DNA of 64,000 nt, taken from NCBI GenBank assembly GCA_027449665.1, contig DAIDLE010000002.1:127587-191586 (forward strand), written 5' to 3'. The notes below the pieces were generated by a model. The model was given only the letters and a program-made list of their open reading frames with translations, made no database searches and was not told where the DNA came from. The number at the start of each line of letters is the position of its first letter. The first letter of the stretch is position 1. Of the stretch, positions 46,430 through 56,075 are shown one piece after another. This stretch comes from Acidimicrobiaceae bacterium (GTDB lineage: Bacteria; Actinomycetota; Acidimicrobiia; Acidimicrobiales; RAAP-2). The position numbers were made by a program, and so were the translations under genes.

Positions 46430-46995
46430 TGTTCACGAAGCTTCGTTCCACGAGCGTACGCGGTGCGCTCGGCGCGCTCGGCGGCGTGCTGCTCTTCAGC
46501 GTCGCGGCGGCGGCGCTGCCGGCGGCGGCGGCGATGGGCGCCACGCTCTCGCTGACGTCAGCGACCCCAGCCAGTCAGCGCGGCGTCGAACTCTCGGCGC
46601 AGGTGAACGCCGGTTCCACGCCGCTGAGCGGGGTCACGGTCAACTTCTACGTGCACCTCGACGAGTTCTCGGGCGCGCCAGAGCTGCTCATCGGCACGGC
46701 GAACACCGGTCCCACGGGCGACGCAACCGTGACGTACCAGCCAACGTGGGCCGGCACGCAGCGTTTCGTGGCGACGGCCGTCGACGCGACGGGGGCGCCG
46801 CTGGCCACGTCGGCGCTGACGGTCCAGGCGGCGAGGACTGACCCGTTCGCGGGTCCCGTGGAGAGCCTGCGTCCCGATGGCCTCATCGGTCGCTGGGTGG
46901 TCGTGGTCCTGCTCGCGCTCGTCATCAGTGTCTGGATCACCTTGCTCGCCGTGGTGGTTCGCGTTCAGCAGGGTCCGGTCGAAGCCGCGCGGTAG
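46429..46995 (+). CDS. signal-peptide, Ig-like, C-terminally anchored protein
   Basis: A GTGATG overlap joins it to the NrfD-like stop. The signal peptide reads LLFSVAAAALPAAAAMGA. The beta-rich middle (GVTVNFYVHLDEF...GDATVTYQPTWAGTQRFVATAVD) has no Cys, and the C-terminal helix is WVVVVLLALVISVWITLLAVVV. Confidence 0.6.
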   Translation: MFTKLRSTSVRGALGALGGVLLFSVAAAALPAAAAMGATLSLTSATPASQRGVELSAQVNAGSTPLSGVTVNFYVHLDEFSGAPELLIGTANTGPTGDATVTYQPTWAGTQRFVATAVDATGAPLATSALTVQAARTDPFAGPVESLRPDGLIGRWVVVVLLALVISVWITLLAVVVRVQQGPVEAAR

Positions 46996-47042
46996 CGGCC
47001 GTTGGCCGCGAACCCCGGGTGATCGCGCGGTAGGTTGCTGAC

Positions 47043-47921
47043 GTGACCGACCACGCCCTCGCCGCGGTGAGCCTGTCGAAGCACTTCGGTACGACGCGGG
47101 CGGTCGACGAGGTGGACCTTACGCTAGACGCCGGCGAAGTGGTCGGCTTCCTCGGGCCCAACGGGGCCGGCAAGACGACCACGCTGCGCCTGCTGCTTGG
47201 GCTGCTGCGTCCGACGTCGGGCGCCGCAACGGTGCTCGGGCACCGCGCGGGGTCGCGCGAGGCCCGTCGCCACGTCGCCTACGTGCCCGGCGACGTGGCG
47301 CTGTGGCCTCAGCTCACGGGTCTCGAGGTGATCACGCTGCTCGGGTCGCTGCACGGACGCCTCGACTCCGCGTACCGCGATCGCCTCGTGGAGGCCTTCG
47401 ATCTCGACCCCGACAAGCGGGTGCGGGCCTACTCGAAGGGTAATCGCCAGAAAGTCGCACTGATCAGTGCCTTCGCGACCCGTGCCGAGGTCCTGCTCCT
47501 CGACGAGCCGACGGCCGGGCTCGACCCGTTGATGGAGCGCGTCTTTCGCGCGTGCGTCGTCGAGGCGCAGGACCGGGGCCAGGCGGTCCTGCTGAGCTCG
47601 CACGTGCTCGCCGAGGTGCAACACCTCTGTTCGCGCGTTGCGATGATCCGCCAGGGACGACTGGTCACGGTGGCGGCGATCAGCGAGCTTCGCCGCGTCG
47701 CCGGCGTCGAGCTCGACATCGCCGGGACCTTCGAGGACCTGAGTGCGGTGGCCGGCGTCAGCGTCGTCGCGGTCGACAGCGACGAGACGCGGGTGCGCGT
47801 CAACGGTCCTCTCGAGCCGCTGCTCGGCGCACTGGCGCGCGGTCAGGTGACGTCGCTGCGCACTCGCGAGGCGAGCCTCGAGGAGATCTTCCTCTCGTTC
47901 TACGACCCCGCGCACGAGTAG
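47043..47921 (+). CDS. ABC transporter ATP-binding protein (ABC-2/DrrA/NosF-like)
   Basis: Motifs GPNGAGKTT, YSKGNRQKVAL and LLLDEPTAGLD. Confidence 0.9.
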   Translation: MTDHALAAVSLSKHFGTTRAVDEVDLTLDAGEVVGFLGPNGAGKTTTLRLLLGLLRPTSGAATVLGHRAGSREARRHVAYVPGDVALWPQLTGLEVITLLGSLHGRLDSAYRDRLVEAFDLDPDKRVRAYSKGNRQKVALISAFATRAEVLLLDEPTAGLDPLMERVFRACVVEAQDRGQAVLLSSHVLAEVQHLCSRVAMIRQGRLVTVAAISELRRVAGVELDIAGTFEDLSAVAGVSVVAVDSDETRVRVNGPLEPLLGALARGQVTSLRTREASLEEIFLSFYDPAHE

Positions 47922-47923
47922 TC

Positions 47924-49504
47924 GTGGGTCCGCGAACCGCCGTCGGCGTGACGTGGCGCCAGCTTCGTCTCTCGACGGCGGTGATGACGTCACTCGTGGT
48001 CGCGATGGTCGCGCTCGGCGTGGCGAGCTACGACCTCAGCGGCGGAGCACCCGCGATGGTCGGCACGCTCGCGCTCGTGCGCAACCCGGCCTTCCGTGCG
48101 CTGTACGGCAACTTCAGCACGCTGGACACGGCGGGTGCCTTCGTGCTGTGGAAGCTCGGCCTCGTCGTGACGCTCGCGGTGGCTCTCTGGGGGGCGCTCG
48201 CCGCGACGCGCGTGACGCGCGGGGCCGAGGACGTGGGCACCTGGGACCTACTCGTCACGGGGACGGCGGGGCGCGGCGCCATCGTCGGCCAGAGCATGGC
48301 CGTGCTCGCCGTCATGGGCGTCGCCGTGGGCACCGCGGTCTTCGCGACGTTCGCGCTGAGCGGTCAGCGCCTCGCCGACAGTGCCCTCTACGGAGCCGGC
48401 GTCGTCGGGCTCGTCTGGTGCGCGCAGGCGGTTGGCGTGGCGGCCGCCCAGGTGCTGGCGCCTCGGCGCTCGGCGTCCCAGGGGGCGCTCGCGGTGGTGG
48501 GCGTCGCGTACCTCGCCCGGATGGTCGCCGACGCGTCTACGAATGGCGCGTGGCTGCGCGACGCGACGCCCTTTGGCTGGCTCGAGAACCTCGGCGCTTT
48601 CCAGCGCGCCGAGCCAATCTGGCTCGTCGCGCTGCTCGTCGGGCCGGCACTCGCCGTTACGGCACTCCTGCCGCTCGCGCGCCGGCGCGACGTGGGGCTC
48701 GCCCAGTGGACAAGGTCCGACCGGGCCGCGGCGCGCTCGGGCCTGCTGCGCACGCCGTGGCGATTCGCGTGGCGCGAGCTCGCCAGCACCATCGCGGTGT
48801 GGCTCATCGTGACCGCGGTGGTCGGCCTCGTGATCGGGTACCTCACGAACGCACTGGTCGTCTTTAGCCGCGGTGACCCGTCTCTCGGCCGACTGCTCGC
48901 GCGCTGGCACCTGGCGCTGCTCGCGAGCGTTCACGGCTTCGTCGGGGAGATCGGCGCGACGCTCGCCTTCGGCATCAGCTTCTTCGTCGTCTCGGCGGTG
49001 GCGACCGTCGGTGGCGACGTCAGCGCCGGGCGACTGGACCTGCCACTTGGCTACGGGGCCGGTCGCCGCTCGTGGCTGGCGGCGACCGTCGTGGCCACCG
49101 CCGGCGCGACGGTGCTGATCGCGCTCGTGACCGCGAGCGCGACCTGGATCGGCGTGGGTGCGGGCGGCTCGTCACTGGCCTTCGGCGCGGCCCTCGGCGC
49201 GATGCTGAACGCGATCTCGATCGCGCCGCTCGTTCTGGGCGCGACCGCGCTGGCCGTGTCGCTCGCGCCGCGGGTGGCCCAGGTCGTGCTCGCCGCGCTA
49301 CTCGCGGTCAGCTACTTGACCGCTGTTCTTGGCCCGGCGATGCACTGGCCGCGGCTGATCGTGGAGGCGTCGCTGTACCACTACGTGCGCTTGGTTCCCG
49401 CCGAAGCGCCGAACTGGCGCGCGACGGTCGTCTTCGCGGTGCTCGGCGCGGCGGCCTTCGCGGGCGGCCTCAGTCGATTTCGGCGGGCCGATCTCGTCGC
49501 GTGA
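47924..49504 (+). CDS. ABC-2-type transporter permease (large, multi-TM)
   Basis: The GTG start lies 3 nt after the ATPase stop. The product is about 526 aa and hydrophobic throughout. Assignment is by position and hydropathy. Confidence 0.7.
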   Translation: MGPRTAVGVTWRQLRLSTAVMTSLVVAMVALGVASYDLSGGAPAMVGTLALVRNPAFRALYGNFSTLDTAGAFVLWKLGLVVTLAVALWGALAATRVTRGAEDVGTWDLLVTGTAGRGAIVGQSMAVLAVMGVAVGTAVFATFALSGQRLADSALYGAGVVGLVWCAQAVGVAAAQVLAPRRSASQGALAVVGVAYLARMVADASTNGAWLRDATPFGWLENLGAFQRAEPIWLVALLVGPALAVTALLPLARRRDVGLAQWTRSDRAAARSGLLRTPWRFAWRELASTIAVWLIVTAVVGLVIGYLTNALVVFSRGDPSLGRLLARWHLALLASVHGFVGEIGATLAFGISFFVVSAVATVGGDVSAGRLDLPLGYGAGRRSWLAATVVATAGATVLIALVTASATWIGVGAGGSSLAFGAALGAMLNAISIAPLVLGATALAVSLAPRVAQVVLAALLAVSYLTAVLGPAMHWPRLIVEASLYHYVRLVPAEAPNWRATVVFAVLGAAAFAGGLSRFRRADLVA

Positions 49505-49505
49505 G

Positions 49506-50282
49506 CTATTTCGGCTGCATGCGGATGCCCGCGTCGAGGCGAACCGACTCGGCGTTCATGTAGCTGTTGGCCAAGAGCTCGACGACCAGTGACGCGAACT
49601 CGCTCGGGTAGCCGAGTCGCTTCGGAAAGAGCACGCCGGCGCCGAGGCGGGCCTTGAACTCGTCGGACTGGGGACCGGTGCCGTAGATCGGCGTGTCGAT
49701 CAGCCCGGGCAGGATGCAGTTCGCGCGAACGCCAATGGCCGCCAGGTCGCGCGCGAGCGGCAGGGTCAACCCGACGATGCCGCCCTTCGAGGACGAGTAG
49801 GCCACCTGACCGATCTGGCCGTCTTCGGCGGCCACCGACGCGGTGTTCACGATTGCGCCGCGCAGCCCGTCGACGTCGGGCTCGTTGTGGCTCATCTTGG
49901 TGGCCGCGAGCCGGCAGACGTTGAAGGTGCCGACGAGGTTGATCTCGATCACCTTGCGGTAGAGGTCGAGATCGTGGGCCGAGGCGTACTCGCCGTCTTT
50001 GCCGATGGTTCGCGTCGCCCACCCGATGCCCGCACAGTTGACGACCGACCAGAGCGGTGCCATGGCCGCGGCGGCTTCGACCGCGGCGATGACCTGGTCG
50101 GTATCGGTGACGTCGCAGTGCGCGTAGACGCCGCCCACCTCGTCGGCGATCGCGCGGCCGCGCTCGTCGTTGAGGTCGACGACCGCGACCCGTGCGCCGC
50201 GAGCGCTGAGCGCGCGCACGGTCGCCTCGCCGAGGCCCGACGCCCCGCCGGTAACGAGCGCCGATGTGTTGTGCAGTTCCAT
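49506..50282 (-). CDS. short-chain dehydrogenase/reductase (3-hydroxyacyl-CoA dehydrogenase-like)
   Basis: An internal ATG follows GAGGAGA. Motifs are [12 protein letters not shown] and YSSSKGG (YxxxK). Confidence 0.88.
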   Translation of the reverse strand: MELHNTSALVTGGASGLGEATVRALSARGARVAVVDLNDERGRAIADEVGGVYAHCDVTDTDQVIAAVEAAAAMAPLWSVVNCAGIGWATRTIGKDGEYASAHDLDLYRKVIEINLVGTFNVCRLAATKMSHNEPDVDGLRGAIVNTASVAAEDGQIGQVAYSSSKGGIVGLTLPLARDLAAIGVRANCILPGLIDTPIYGTGPQSDEFKARLGAGVLFPKRLGYPSEFASLVVELLANSYMNAESVRLDAGIRMQPK

Positions 50283-50371
50283 GGGGTCTCCTCGATTCGT
50301 GGCGTGGTGATGCCACTCTCGAGTCAAGCAGAGATCGCGGACGTCCTGGACCGACCGCCTAGCGTGGTGGC

Positions 50372-51427
50372 GTGGTGTCGCTCTACGACCTCGATCGCCC
50401 GGGACTGGCCGCGCTGCTCGAGGGCGAGCCGCCCTATCGAGTGGACCAGCTTTGGCGGGGCATCTGGACCGAGGGGCGCCCACTCGCCGACGTCACGACC
50501 GTGCCGACCCGACTCCGTTCGAGTCTCGCGGAGCGGTTCCCCCCGGCGATTCGCGCGCGCGCCGAGGTTACGAGCGACCGCGGCGCGACGCGCAAGTGGG
50601 TCTTTGAGCTCGACGACGGGGCGACGATCGAGACCGTGCTGATGGTCTACGGCGATCGCGTCACGGTCTGCGTGTCCAGCCAGGCCGGCTGCGCCATGGG
50701 CTGCACGTTCTGTGCGACCGGGCAGGCCGGCTTTTCTCGCCAGCTGAGCGTCGGCGAGGTCATCGAGCAGGTGCTCGTGGCGACGCGGTCGGCGGCGCCG
50801 CGGCGACTGTCCAACGTGGTCTTCATGGGCATGGGCGAACCCCTCGCCAACTATCGCGTCACCGTCGAGGCCGTGCGTCGGCTCCACGACGAACGGGGCC
50901 TGAGCGCGCGCCACCTCACCGTCTCGACCGTGGGCGTCGCGCCGGGCATCGAGCGGCTGGCCCGCGAGGGGTTGGCGCTCACCCTCGCCGTGAGCCTGCA
51001 CGCGGCCAACGACGAGACCCGCAACACGCTGATACCGCTCAATCGCCGCTACCCGTTGGCCAGGCTCTACGAGGCTTGCGAGTCGTGGACGAGTGCGACC
51101 GGACGCCGACTGAGCTTCGAGTGGGCGCTGATCGACGGCGTGAACGACACCGACCGGGCGCGCGACGAACTCGTCGACTACGCGTCGGGGCTGCGCGCGC
51201 ACGTGAACCTGATCCCGCTCAATCCAACCCCCGGCTACCTCGTTCGCGGTTCGCCGCCCGACCGCGTTCGGGCCTTTCGCGACGGACTGGTCGCGCGGGG
51301 CGTGAACGCGACGGTGCGCAACACGCGGGGCCGATCGATCGACGCGGCCTGTGGCCAGCTGGCGGCGGTCACCAACGCCCGCCGATCACTCTCGGTGCGC
51401 TCGCGCCGCGCCGTCGTTCCAGAGTGA
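50372..51427 (+). CDS. rlmN: 23S rRNA/tRNA (adenine-C2)-methyltransferase RlmN (radical SAM)
   Basis: Motifs YRVDQLW, CVSSQAGCAMGCTFCATGQ (CxxxCxxC) and MGMGEPLAN. Confidence 0.92.
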   Translation: MVSLYDLDRPGLAALLEGEPPYRVDQLWRGIWTEGRPLADVTTVPTRLRSSLAERFPPAIRARAEVTSDRGATRKWVFELDDGATIETVLMVYGDRVTVCVSSQAGCAMGCTFCATGQAGFSRQLSVGEVIEQVLVATRSAAPRRLSNVVFMGMGEPLANYRVTVEAVRRLHDERGLSARHLTVSTVGVAPGIERLAREGLALTLAVSLHAANDETRNTLIPLNRRYPLARLYEACESWTSATGRRLSFEWALIDGVNDTDRARDELVDYASGLRAHVNLIPLNPTPGYLVRGSPPDRVRAFRDGLVARGVNATVRNTRGRSIDAACGQLAAVTNARRSLSVRSRRAVVPE

Positions 51428-52624
51428 CGGGCGCCAGCGCACCAGCGCGAGGGCGCCGAGGATGCAGGCGAGCCCGCCCGACACGATCGAGAACTCAGTC
51501 GAGACGAGGGTCGCCACTGCGCCGGACTCGAGGTCGCCGAGTCGCGGGCCGCCCGTGACGACCGCGAGCTGGATGGCCGAGATGCGACTGCGGTACTCGT
51601 CGGTGATCGCCCCCTGCAAGATGGTGTTGCGCAGCACCGTCGAGATGACGTCGGTCGCGCCGGCGACGGCGAGGCACGCGAGGCCGACCCAGGCGACGTG
51701 CACCAGGCCGAAGAGCGCCATCGCGGCGCCCCAGCCGATGACGACCAGCACCACGAGGCGCCCGCGCCGATGGACCCGGGCGATCCAGCCGGTGACGAGC
51801 GCCATCGCGAGCGCGCCGACGCCCGGCGCGGCGTAGAGCAGTCCGAGCACCCGGGTCCCGCCGTGGTAGAGGGTGAGCGCGACGGCGGGGAAGAGGGCCC
51901 GCGGCAGCCCGAAGACCATCGCGTTGAGGTCGATCAGGTAGACGGCCTGGGTGATCGGGTTGGCGCGCACGTAGGCGAACCCGTCGCGGATGGCCCGCAG
52001 CACCGCCACGCCGTCGTGGAGGCCGCTCGGGGGGATCGGCGCCATGAAGCCCGTCGCGACGGCGAGCACCGCGAAGGTGGCGGCGTCGATGAAGTAGCAC
52101 GCGGCGAGACCCACCGCGGCGAGCAGCACGCCGGCGACCGCGGCGCCGACGATGGCCGCGACGTTGACGATCACCTGGTTGACCGAGTACGCCGAGACGA
52201 GCTCGTTTGCGTCGACGAGGATCGGAATGGTCGCGGTGCGGATGGGCCCGGCGAAGCCGCCGGCGCCGGCGGCCAGGGCCGCGAGGGCGAGCAGCGCCAC
52301 GAGGTGGCCCCGTGACGCGCTGGCGTTGAGCGCCAGGGCGAGGCTCAGCAACCCGAGCACGACCGAGCTCACGACGAAGAGCGTTCGCCGGTCGTAGCGG
52401 TCGCCGAAGGCGCCGCCCCACAGCGAGCCGCCAATGAGCAGGGGCAGCTGGATGAGACTCGCGACGCCCACCCAGAGGCTCGAGTGCGTCTCGCGATAGA
52501 CCTGGTACGGCACGGCCACCACCGTGAGGTTGCTGCCCAGCAGCGAGACGAGCTGGCCCGCGACGAGCAAGCGAAAGTCGCGGTGGCGCCGCAGCGGGCC
52601 GACGTCCACCATGAGCCGAGGCAT
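51386..52624 (-). CDS. MFS transporter
   Basis: About 12 hydrophobic segments. The N-terminus reads RDFRLLVAGQLVSLLGSNLTVVAVPYQVY. The start is set at an internal ATG. Confidence 0.85.
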   Translation of the reverse strand: MPRLMVDVGPLRRHRDFRLLVAGQLVSLLGSNLTVVAVPYQVYRETHSSLWVGVASLIQLPLLIGGSLWGGAFGDRYDRRTLFVVSSVVLGLLSLALALNASASRGHLVALLALAALAAGAGGFAGPIRTATIPILVDANELVSAYSVNQVIVNVAAIVGAAVAGVLLAAVGLAACYFIDAATFAVLAVATGFMAPIPPSGLHDGVAVLRAIRDGFAYVRANPITQAVYLIDLNAMVFGLPRALFPAVALTLYHGGTRVLGLLYAAPGVGALAMALVTGWIARVHRRGRLVVLVVIGWGAAMALFGLVHVAWVGLACLAVAGATDVISTVLRNTILQGAITDEYRSRISAIQLAVVTGGPRLGDLESGAVATLVSTEFSIVSGGLACILGALALVRWRPSLWNDGAARAHRE

Positions 52625-52675
52625 CCGTTTATGGTACGGGACTATGGTGGCGAAGGGCCGGTGGAAGGAGGTTCG

Positions 52676-53740
52676 GTGATCGCCGACGAATTGGTCCAGC
52701 TGCTTACGCCCGAGGGCGAGCGAGTTGAGCACCCCGAGTACGACACCTCGCTCGGGCGCGACGAGATCCTCAGCTTCTACCGCGACATGGTGATCGTGCG
52801 ACGGCTCTGCAACGAGTCAACGTCGCTGCAGCGCCAGGGTCAGCTCGCGCTGTGGGCGCCGCTGCAGGGCCAGGAGGCGGCCCAGATCGGCGCGGGACGG
52901 GCGCTCGCCCCGACGGACTTCACGTTCCCGAGCTACCGCGAGCACGGCATCGCCTGGACGCGGGGCGTGCCGCCGAAGGACATGTTGCGCATCTTTCGCG
53001 CGACGACGACCGGCGGCTGGGATCCGCAGCGCTACCGCCACTCGCTGCCCACGGTGGTCTTGGGCGACCAGACCCTGCACGCGGTGGGCTACGCGATGGG
53101 CGTCCAGCGCGACGGCGCGGACGAGGCGGTGATGACCTTTTTCGGCGACGGCGCGTCGAGCCAGGGTGACGTGCTCGAGTCCTTCGTGTGGGCCGCGTCG
53201 TTCAACGCGCCGGTCGTCTTCGTGCTGCAGAACAACCAGTGGGCGATTTCGGAGCCCGCGTCCCTGCAGACCAAGATCCCGCTCTACCACCGCGCGCACG
53301 GCTTCGGCTTCCCCGGGGTGCGCGTCGACGGCAACGACGTGCTCGCGATGTACGAGGTGGCCCGGCGCGCCCTCGAGCGAGCGCGCTCGGGTGCCGGTCC
53401 GACGCTGATCGAGGCCTACACCTACCGAATGGGCGCGCACACGACGTCCGACGACCCGACGCGCTACCGCGTGGACGCCGAGGTCGAGGTGTGGCGCCAC
53501 CGCGACCCGATCGAACGGGTGAAGGCGCTGCTCGTGCGCGAGTACGGCGTGGCGCGCGCGAACTTCGACGACGTGGCCGCCGAGGCCGAGACCCTCGCCT
53601 TGCAGCTGCGCGAGGACGTGCTGGCGATGGACAGTCCCGACCCGCTGACGATGTTCGACCACGTCTACGCCGAGCCGCACGCGCTGACCGAGGCGGGGCG
53701 CCGCGAGCTCGCCGAGCTGGTGACGGGCGGGCGAGCGTGA
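52676..53740 (+). CDS. 2-oxoacid (pyruvate/branched-chain) dehydrogenase E1 alpha subunit
   Basis: The GTG follows GGAAGGAGG. The TPP motif is GDGASSQGDVLESFVWAASFNAPVVFVLQNNQWAIS. Confidence 0.9.
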   Translation: MIADELVQLLTPEGERVEHPEYDTSLGRDEILSFYRDMVIVRRLCNESTSLQRQGQLALWAPLQGQEAAQIGAGRALAPTDFTFPSYREHGIAWTRGVPPKDMLRIFRATTTGGWDPQRYRHSLPTVVLGDQTLHAVGYAMGVQRDGADEAVMTFFGDGASSQGDVLESFVWAASFNAPVVFVLQNNQWAISEPASLQTKIPLYHRAHGFGFPGVRVDGNDVLAMYEVARRALERARSGAGPTLIEAYTYRMGAHTTSDDPTRYRVDAEVEVWRHRDPIERVKALLVREYGVARANFDDVAAEAETLALQLREDVLAMDSPDPLTMFDHVYAEPHALTEAGRRELAELVTGGRA

Positions 53741-54720
53741 GCACGCAGACCATGACCATGGCGCGGGCCCTCAACGAGGGTCTGCGACGGGCGCTGGAGA
53801 AGGACAAGAAGGTCCTCTTGATGGGCGAGGACATCGGCAAGCTGGGCGGCGTGTTCCGCATCACCGACGGGCTGCAGAAGGACTTCGGCGAGGATCGCGT
53901 CATTGACGCGCCCCTCGCCGAATCGGCGATCGTGGGCACGGCGGTCGGACTGGCGATGCGCGGCTACCGCACCGTCGTCGAGATCCAGTTCGACGGCTTC
54001 GTCTACCCGGCCTTCGACCAGATCGTCTCCCAGGTGGCCAAGCTCCACAAGCGCTCCGACGGGGTCTACACGATGGGTCTGGTCATTCGGCTGCCCTTCC
54101 AAGGCGGCATCGGCGCGATCGAGCACCACTCGGAGAGTCCCGAGGCCTACTTCGTGCACACCGCGGGTCTGCGCGTGGTCGCCTGCTCAACGCCGAACGA
54201 CGCCTACTGGATGATTCAGCAGGCCGTCGAGCACGACGACCCGGTTATCTTCTGCGAGCCCAAGAGCCGGTACTGGGAGAAGGGCGAGGTCGACCTCGAC
54301 GGCCCGTCGAACGGCCTCTTTGACGCGGTCGTTCGACGCGAAGGCGTCGACGCGACCGTCGTCGCCTACGGCTCGATGGTCAAGACCTGCCTGCGAGCCG
54401 CCGAAGTCGCAGCGGGCGAGGGCCGGTCGCTCGAGGTGATCGACGCGCGCGGCCTCTCGCCACTCGACCTCGACACGATGGCCCGGTCGATCGAGAAGAC
54501 CGGCCGACTGCTCGTGGTCCAGGAGGCGCCGCCGAGCGCCTCGGTCGGCTCCGAGATCGCCGCGGCACTCGGCGAGCGCTGCTTCTACTCGCTGCGCGCG
54601 CCGGCGACTCGGGTCAGCGCGTATCACGTCCCCTATCCGCCGTCACGGATCGAGGACGCGTACCGACCCAGCGTCGATCGTGTACTTGACGCCGTCGACC
54701 GCGTGATGGAGTTCGAGTAG
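53737..54720 (+). CDS. 2-oxoacid dehydrogenase E1 beta subunit
   Basis: A GTGA overlap joins it to E1 alpha. The sequence reads MARALNEGLRRALEKDKKVLLMGEDIG...DAPLAESAIVG. Confidence 0.92.
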   Translation: MSTQTMTMARALNEGLRRALEKDKKVLLMGEDIGKLGGVFRITDGLQKDFGEDRVIDAPLAESAIVGTAVGLAMRGYRTVVEIQFDGFVYPAFDQIVSQVAKLHKRSDGVYTMGLVIRLPFQGGIGAIEHHSESPEAYFVHTAGLRVVACSTPNDAYWMIQQAVEHDDPVIFCEPKSRYWEKGEVDLDGPSNGLFDAVVRREGVDATVVAYGSMVKTCLRAAEVAAGEGRSLEVIDARGLSPLDLDTMARSIEKTGRLLVVQEAPPSASVGSEIAAALGERCFYSLRAPATRVSAYHVPYPPSRIEDAYRPSVDRVLDAVDRVMEFE

Positions 54721-56075
54721 TGGCCGCGGTCTTCGAGCTGCCCGACGTAGGCGAGGGTCTCGTCGAGGCCGAGATCGTGGCCTGGAAGGTCGACGTGGGC
54801 GACGTCGTCGTCTTGAACCAGCCGCTGGTCGACATCGAGACCGCCAAGGCCACCGTCGAGCTGCCGAGCCCGTTCGCGGGAACGGTGATTGCCCGCCACG
54901 GCGAGGTTGGCGACGTCATGGCGGTCGGCGCCCCACTCGTGGAGATCGAGACGAGCGCGCCACCACCAGCGCCGACCACGGCGCCGTCGCCGGACGAGTC
55001 CGCCACGGGGTCGGGTCGTACGGCGGTCCTGGTCGGCTACGGGGTCGCCGACGACGACGCCGAGGTGACGCGGCGTCGTCGACCACGCGTCGCACCGGCC
55101 GCGATCACGTCGGGTGTCAGCGCCGCGGCGTCGCGCGCGCCGCGGTCGACGCCGCCCGTTCGCCTGTACGCGAAGCAGCACGGCCTGGATCTCGCCAGCG
55201 TTGCCGGGACGGGTCCCGATGGACTGATCACGCGTGATGACGTGGCTCGAGCTTTGGCCGGCGCGACGGCGACGCCGGGTTCGCCGCCGTCGGCCGCTCC
55301 GACCTCGGTGAGGCCGCTGAACCCGGTTGGGACGCGTTTCGCGGGCCGCGACCTCGAGCCGTGGGCGACGGGCCCCCTCGAAGAGCGCATCCCCGTGCGC
55401 GGGGTCCTACGCTCGATGGCCGACGCCATGACCCAGAGCGCGTTCGGGGCGCCGCACGCCGCGGTGTGGGTGCGCGTGGACGCAACGCGGACCGTCGAGC
55501 TGCTCGACGGGCTTCGCGGGCGTCCGTCGCTCGCCGGCGTTCGGCTCTCGCCGCTCACGATCGTGGCTCTTGCGGTCTGCGACGCGGCGCGCCAGTACCC
55601 GGGACTGAACTCGAGCTTCGACGCAACCGCTCAGGAGGTGGTGGTGCGCCGGCGAGTGAATCTCGGGATCGCCGCCAACACGGCCCGGGGCCTGATCGTG
55701 CCCAACATCAAGGGCGCCGACGCGTTGGACCTTCGCGCGATGGCGGTGGCGATCAACGAGCTGGTCGACACCGCCCGAGCCGGTACGACGACCCCCGAGG
55801 CGATGCTGCACACGACCCTCTCGATCACCAACGTAGGTCCCTTCGCCGTCGATGGCGCGGTGGCCATCCTGCCCCCGGGCACCGGCGCGATCGTTGCGGT
55901 CGGCCAGGTCGCCAAGCGTCCGTGGGTGGTCGGCGACGAGGTCGTCGCGCGCTACACCGTCGACCTGTCCATGTCGTTCGATCACCGACAGATCGATGGC
56001 GCGCTCGCCTCGTCCGTCATCGCGCACGTCGGGCGCTACATCGAGGATCCGGCGCCCTCACTCGTCGCTGGCTAG
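54720..56075 (+). CDS. dihydrolipoamide acyltransferase E2
   Basis: Lipoyl domain with IETAKA, a subunit-binding domain (PPVRLYAKQHGLDLASV) and the catalytic motif SFDHRQIDGA. Confidence 0.9.
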   Translation: MAAVFELPDVGEGLVEAEIVAWKVDVGDVVVLNQPLVDIETAKATVELPSPFAGTVIARHGEVGDVMAVGAPLVEIETSAPPPAPTTAPSPDESATGSGRTAVLVGYGVADDDAEVTRRRRPRVAPAAITSGVSAAASRAPRSTPPVRLYAKQHGLDLASVAGTGPDGLITRDDVARALAGATATPGSPPSAAPTSVRPLNPVGTRFAGRDLEPWATGPLEERIPVRGVLRSMADAMTQSAFGAPHAAVWVRVDATRTVELLDGLRGRPSLAGVRLSPLTIVALAVCDAARQYPGLNSSFDATAQEVVVRRRVNLGIAANTARGLIVPNIKGADALDLRAMAVAINELVDTARAGTTTPEAMLHTTLSITNVGPFAVDGAVAILPPGTGAIVAVGQVAKRPWVVGDEVVARYTVDLSMSFDHRQIDGALASSVIAHVGRYIEDPAPSLVAG

